A DNA stretch of 62,724 bases, the filler included, from Hausera hauseri (taxonomy: Eukaryota): the NCBI GenBank assembly GCA_046269625.1. It is 11 parts of 11 records of this genome, joined end to end, with 100 filler letters (N's around TTAATTAATTAA, not from the genome) between each part and the next. Parts side by side here need not be neighbours in the genome. Positions count along the whole stretch, not along the records: positions 55,995 to 62,724 come from JBJURY010071439.1; 10 more parts are not named here. One strand, written 5' to 3'. A model generated the notes under the pieces. It made no database searches, was not told where the DNA came from, and saw only the letters and a list, made by a program, of their open reading frames with translations. Position numbers and translations under genes: made by a program. Shown in pieces: positions 62,285-62,724 of this stretch (positions are counted from its first letter, which is position 1; every line of letters begins with the position of its first letter).

Positions 62285-62724
62285 TTAATACCAATCATTA
62301 AGGTAACCTTTTATATCTGATGGTTTGAATACTTCAATGCACAGAGGACATGGATTATTGTGTAATTTCGATTTACGGGGGCAATAAGTGTCGGATACAT
62401 TCATCAGAGCTTTGTATAAATCATTGCATATCTGACTTTCGGAATGTAGAACAATAGTAGACAATCCAATATCTGTTGTTGTTACAATTCCATTAAGTTG
62501 CATCCTTACAGGCATGCAATCTTTAATTTGACATTCATCTGCTAACCTGGCATAAGTATTTAACTGATCGAAATTCAGATGAGATAAATCCTTTGTTAAC
62601 AGTGTCACGTGATTTATGCACGAGTTTTCTGGAGGCAAATGATTGTTTGGTTTGATAAGGTGCAAAAAATCTGTCATGGCTTCAATGATGTGATGTGTTT
62701 TCAGTAGAGACCGCATAAGCGTAT
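62285..62724 (-). CDS. Unknown protein, 5'-incomplete, with a C..CPLC motif
   Basis: 143+ aa frame; its N-terminal part can be inferred from the copy at 58604-58844. Confidence 0.5.
   Translation of the reverse strand, partial: TLMRSLLKTHHIIEAMTDFLHLIKPNNHLPPENSCINHVTLLTKDLSHLNFDQLNTYARLADECQIKDCMPVRMQLNGIVTTTDIGLSTIVLHSESQICNDLYKALMNVSDTYCPRKSKLHNNPCPLCIEVFKPSDIKGYLNDWY

Overview
This window is not one locus. It is 11 eukaryotic contigs of about 4-9 kb joined by artificial 100-nt spacers (44N-TTAATTAATTAA-44N), plus one 100-N scaffold gap at 60221-60320. Contigs: 1-5912, 6013-11451, 11552-16774, 16875-22585, 22686-27421, 27522-31665, 31766-35741, 35842-39847, 39948-48794, 48895-55894, 55995-62724. 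Most of the content is mobile or viral DNA: two decayed Ty3/Gypsy pol regions, two decayed Polinton/adintovirus-type protein-primed PolB genes, two fish-type endogenous retroviruses (one with an intact 671-aa env), a BEL/Pao gag with an embedded ubiquitin-like domain, a Gypsy-like gag followed by a RING finger with no pol in view, and tandem repeats. These sit in AT-rich, short-intron (42-52 nt) DNA containing fragments of host genes (LTA4H, CSE1L, IDE, TMEM67, eIF4G, AP3B, SLC35). The strongest novelty candidate is 55995-58596, a 2.6-kb CRESS-like unit. It has a spliced HUH/SF3 Rep, a convergent ORF that does not look like a capsid gene, a twister-type ribozyme between them, and ends that rebuild a hairpin origin when joined into a circle. 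All protein assignments come from motif recognition by eye; no database searches were run.
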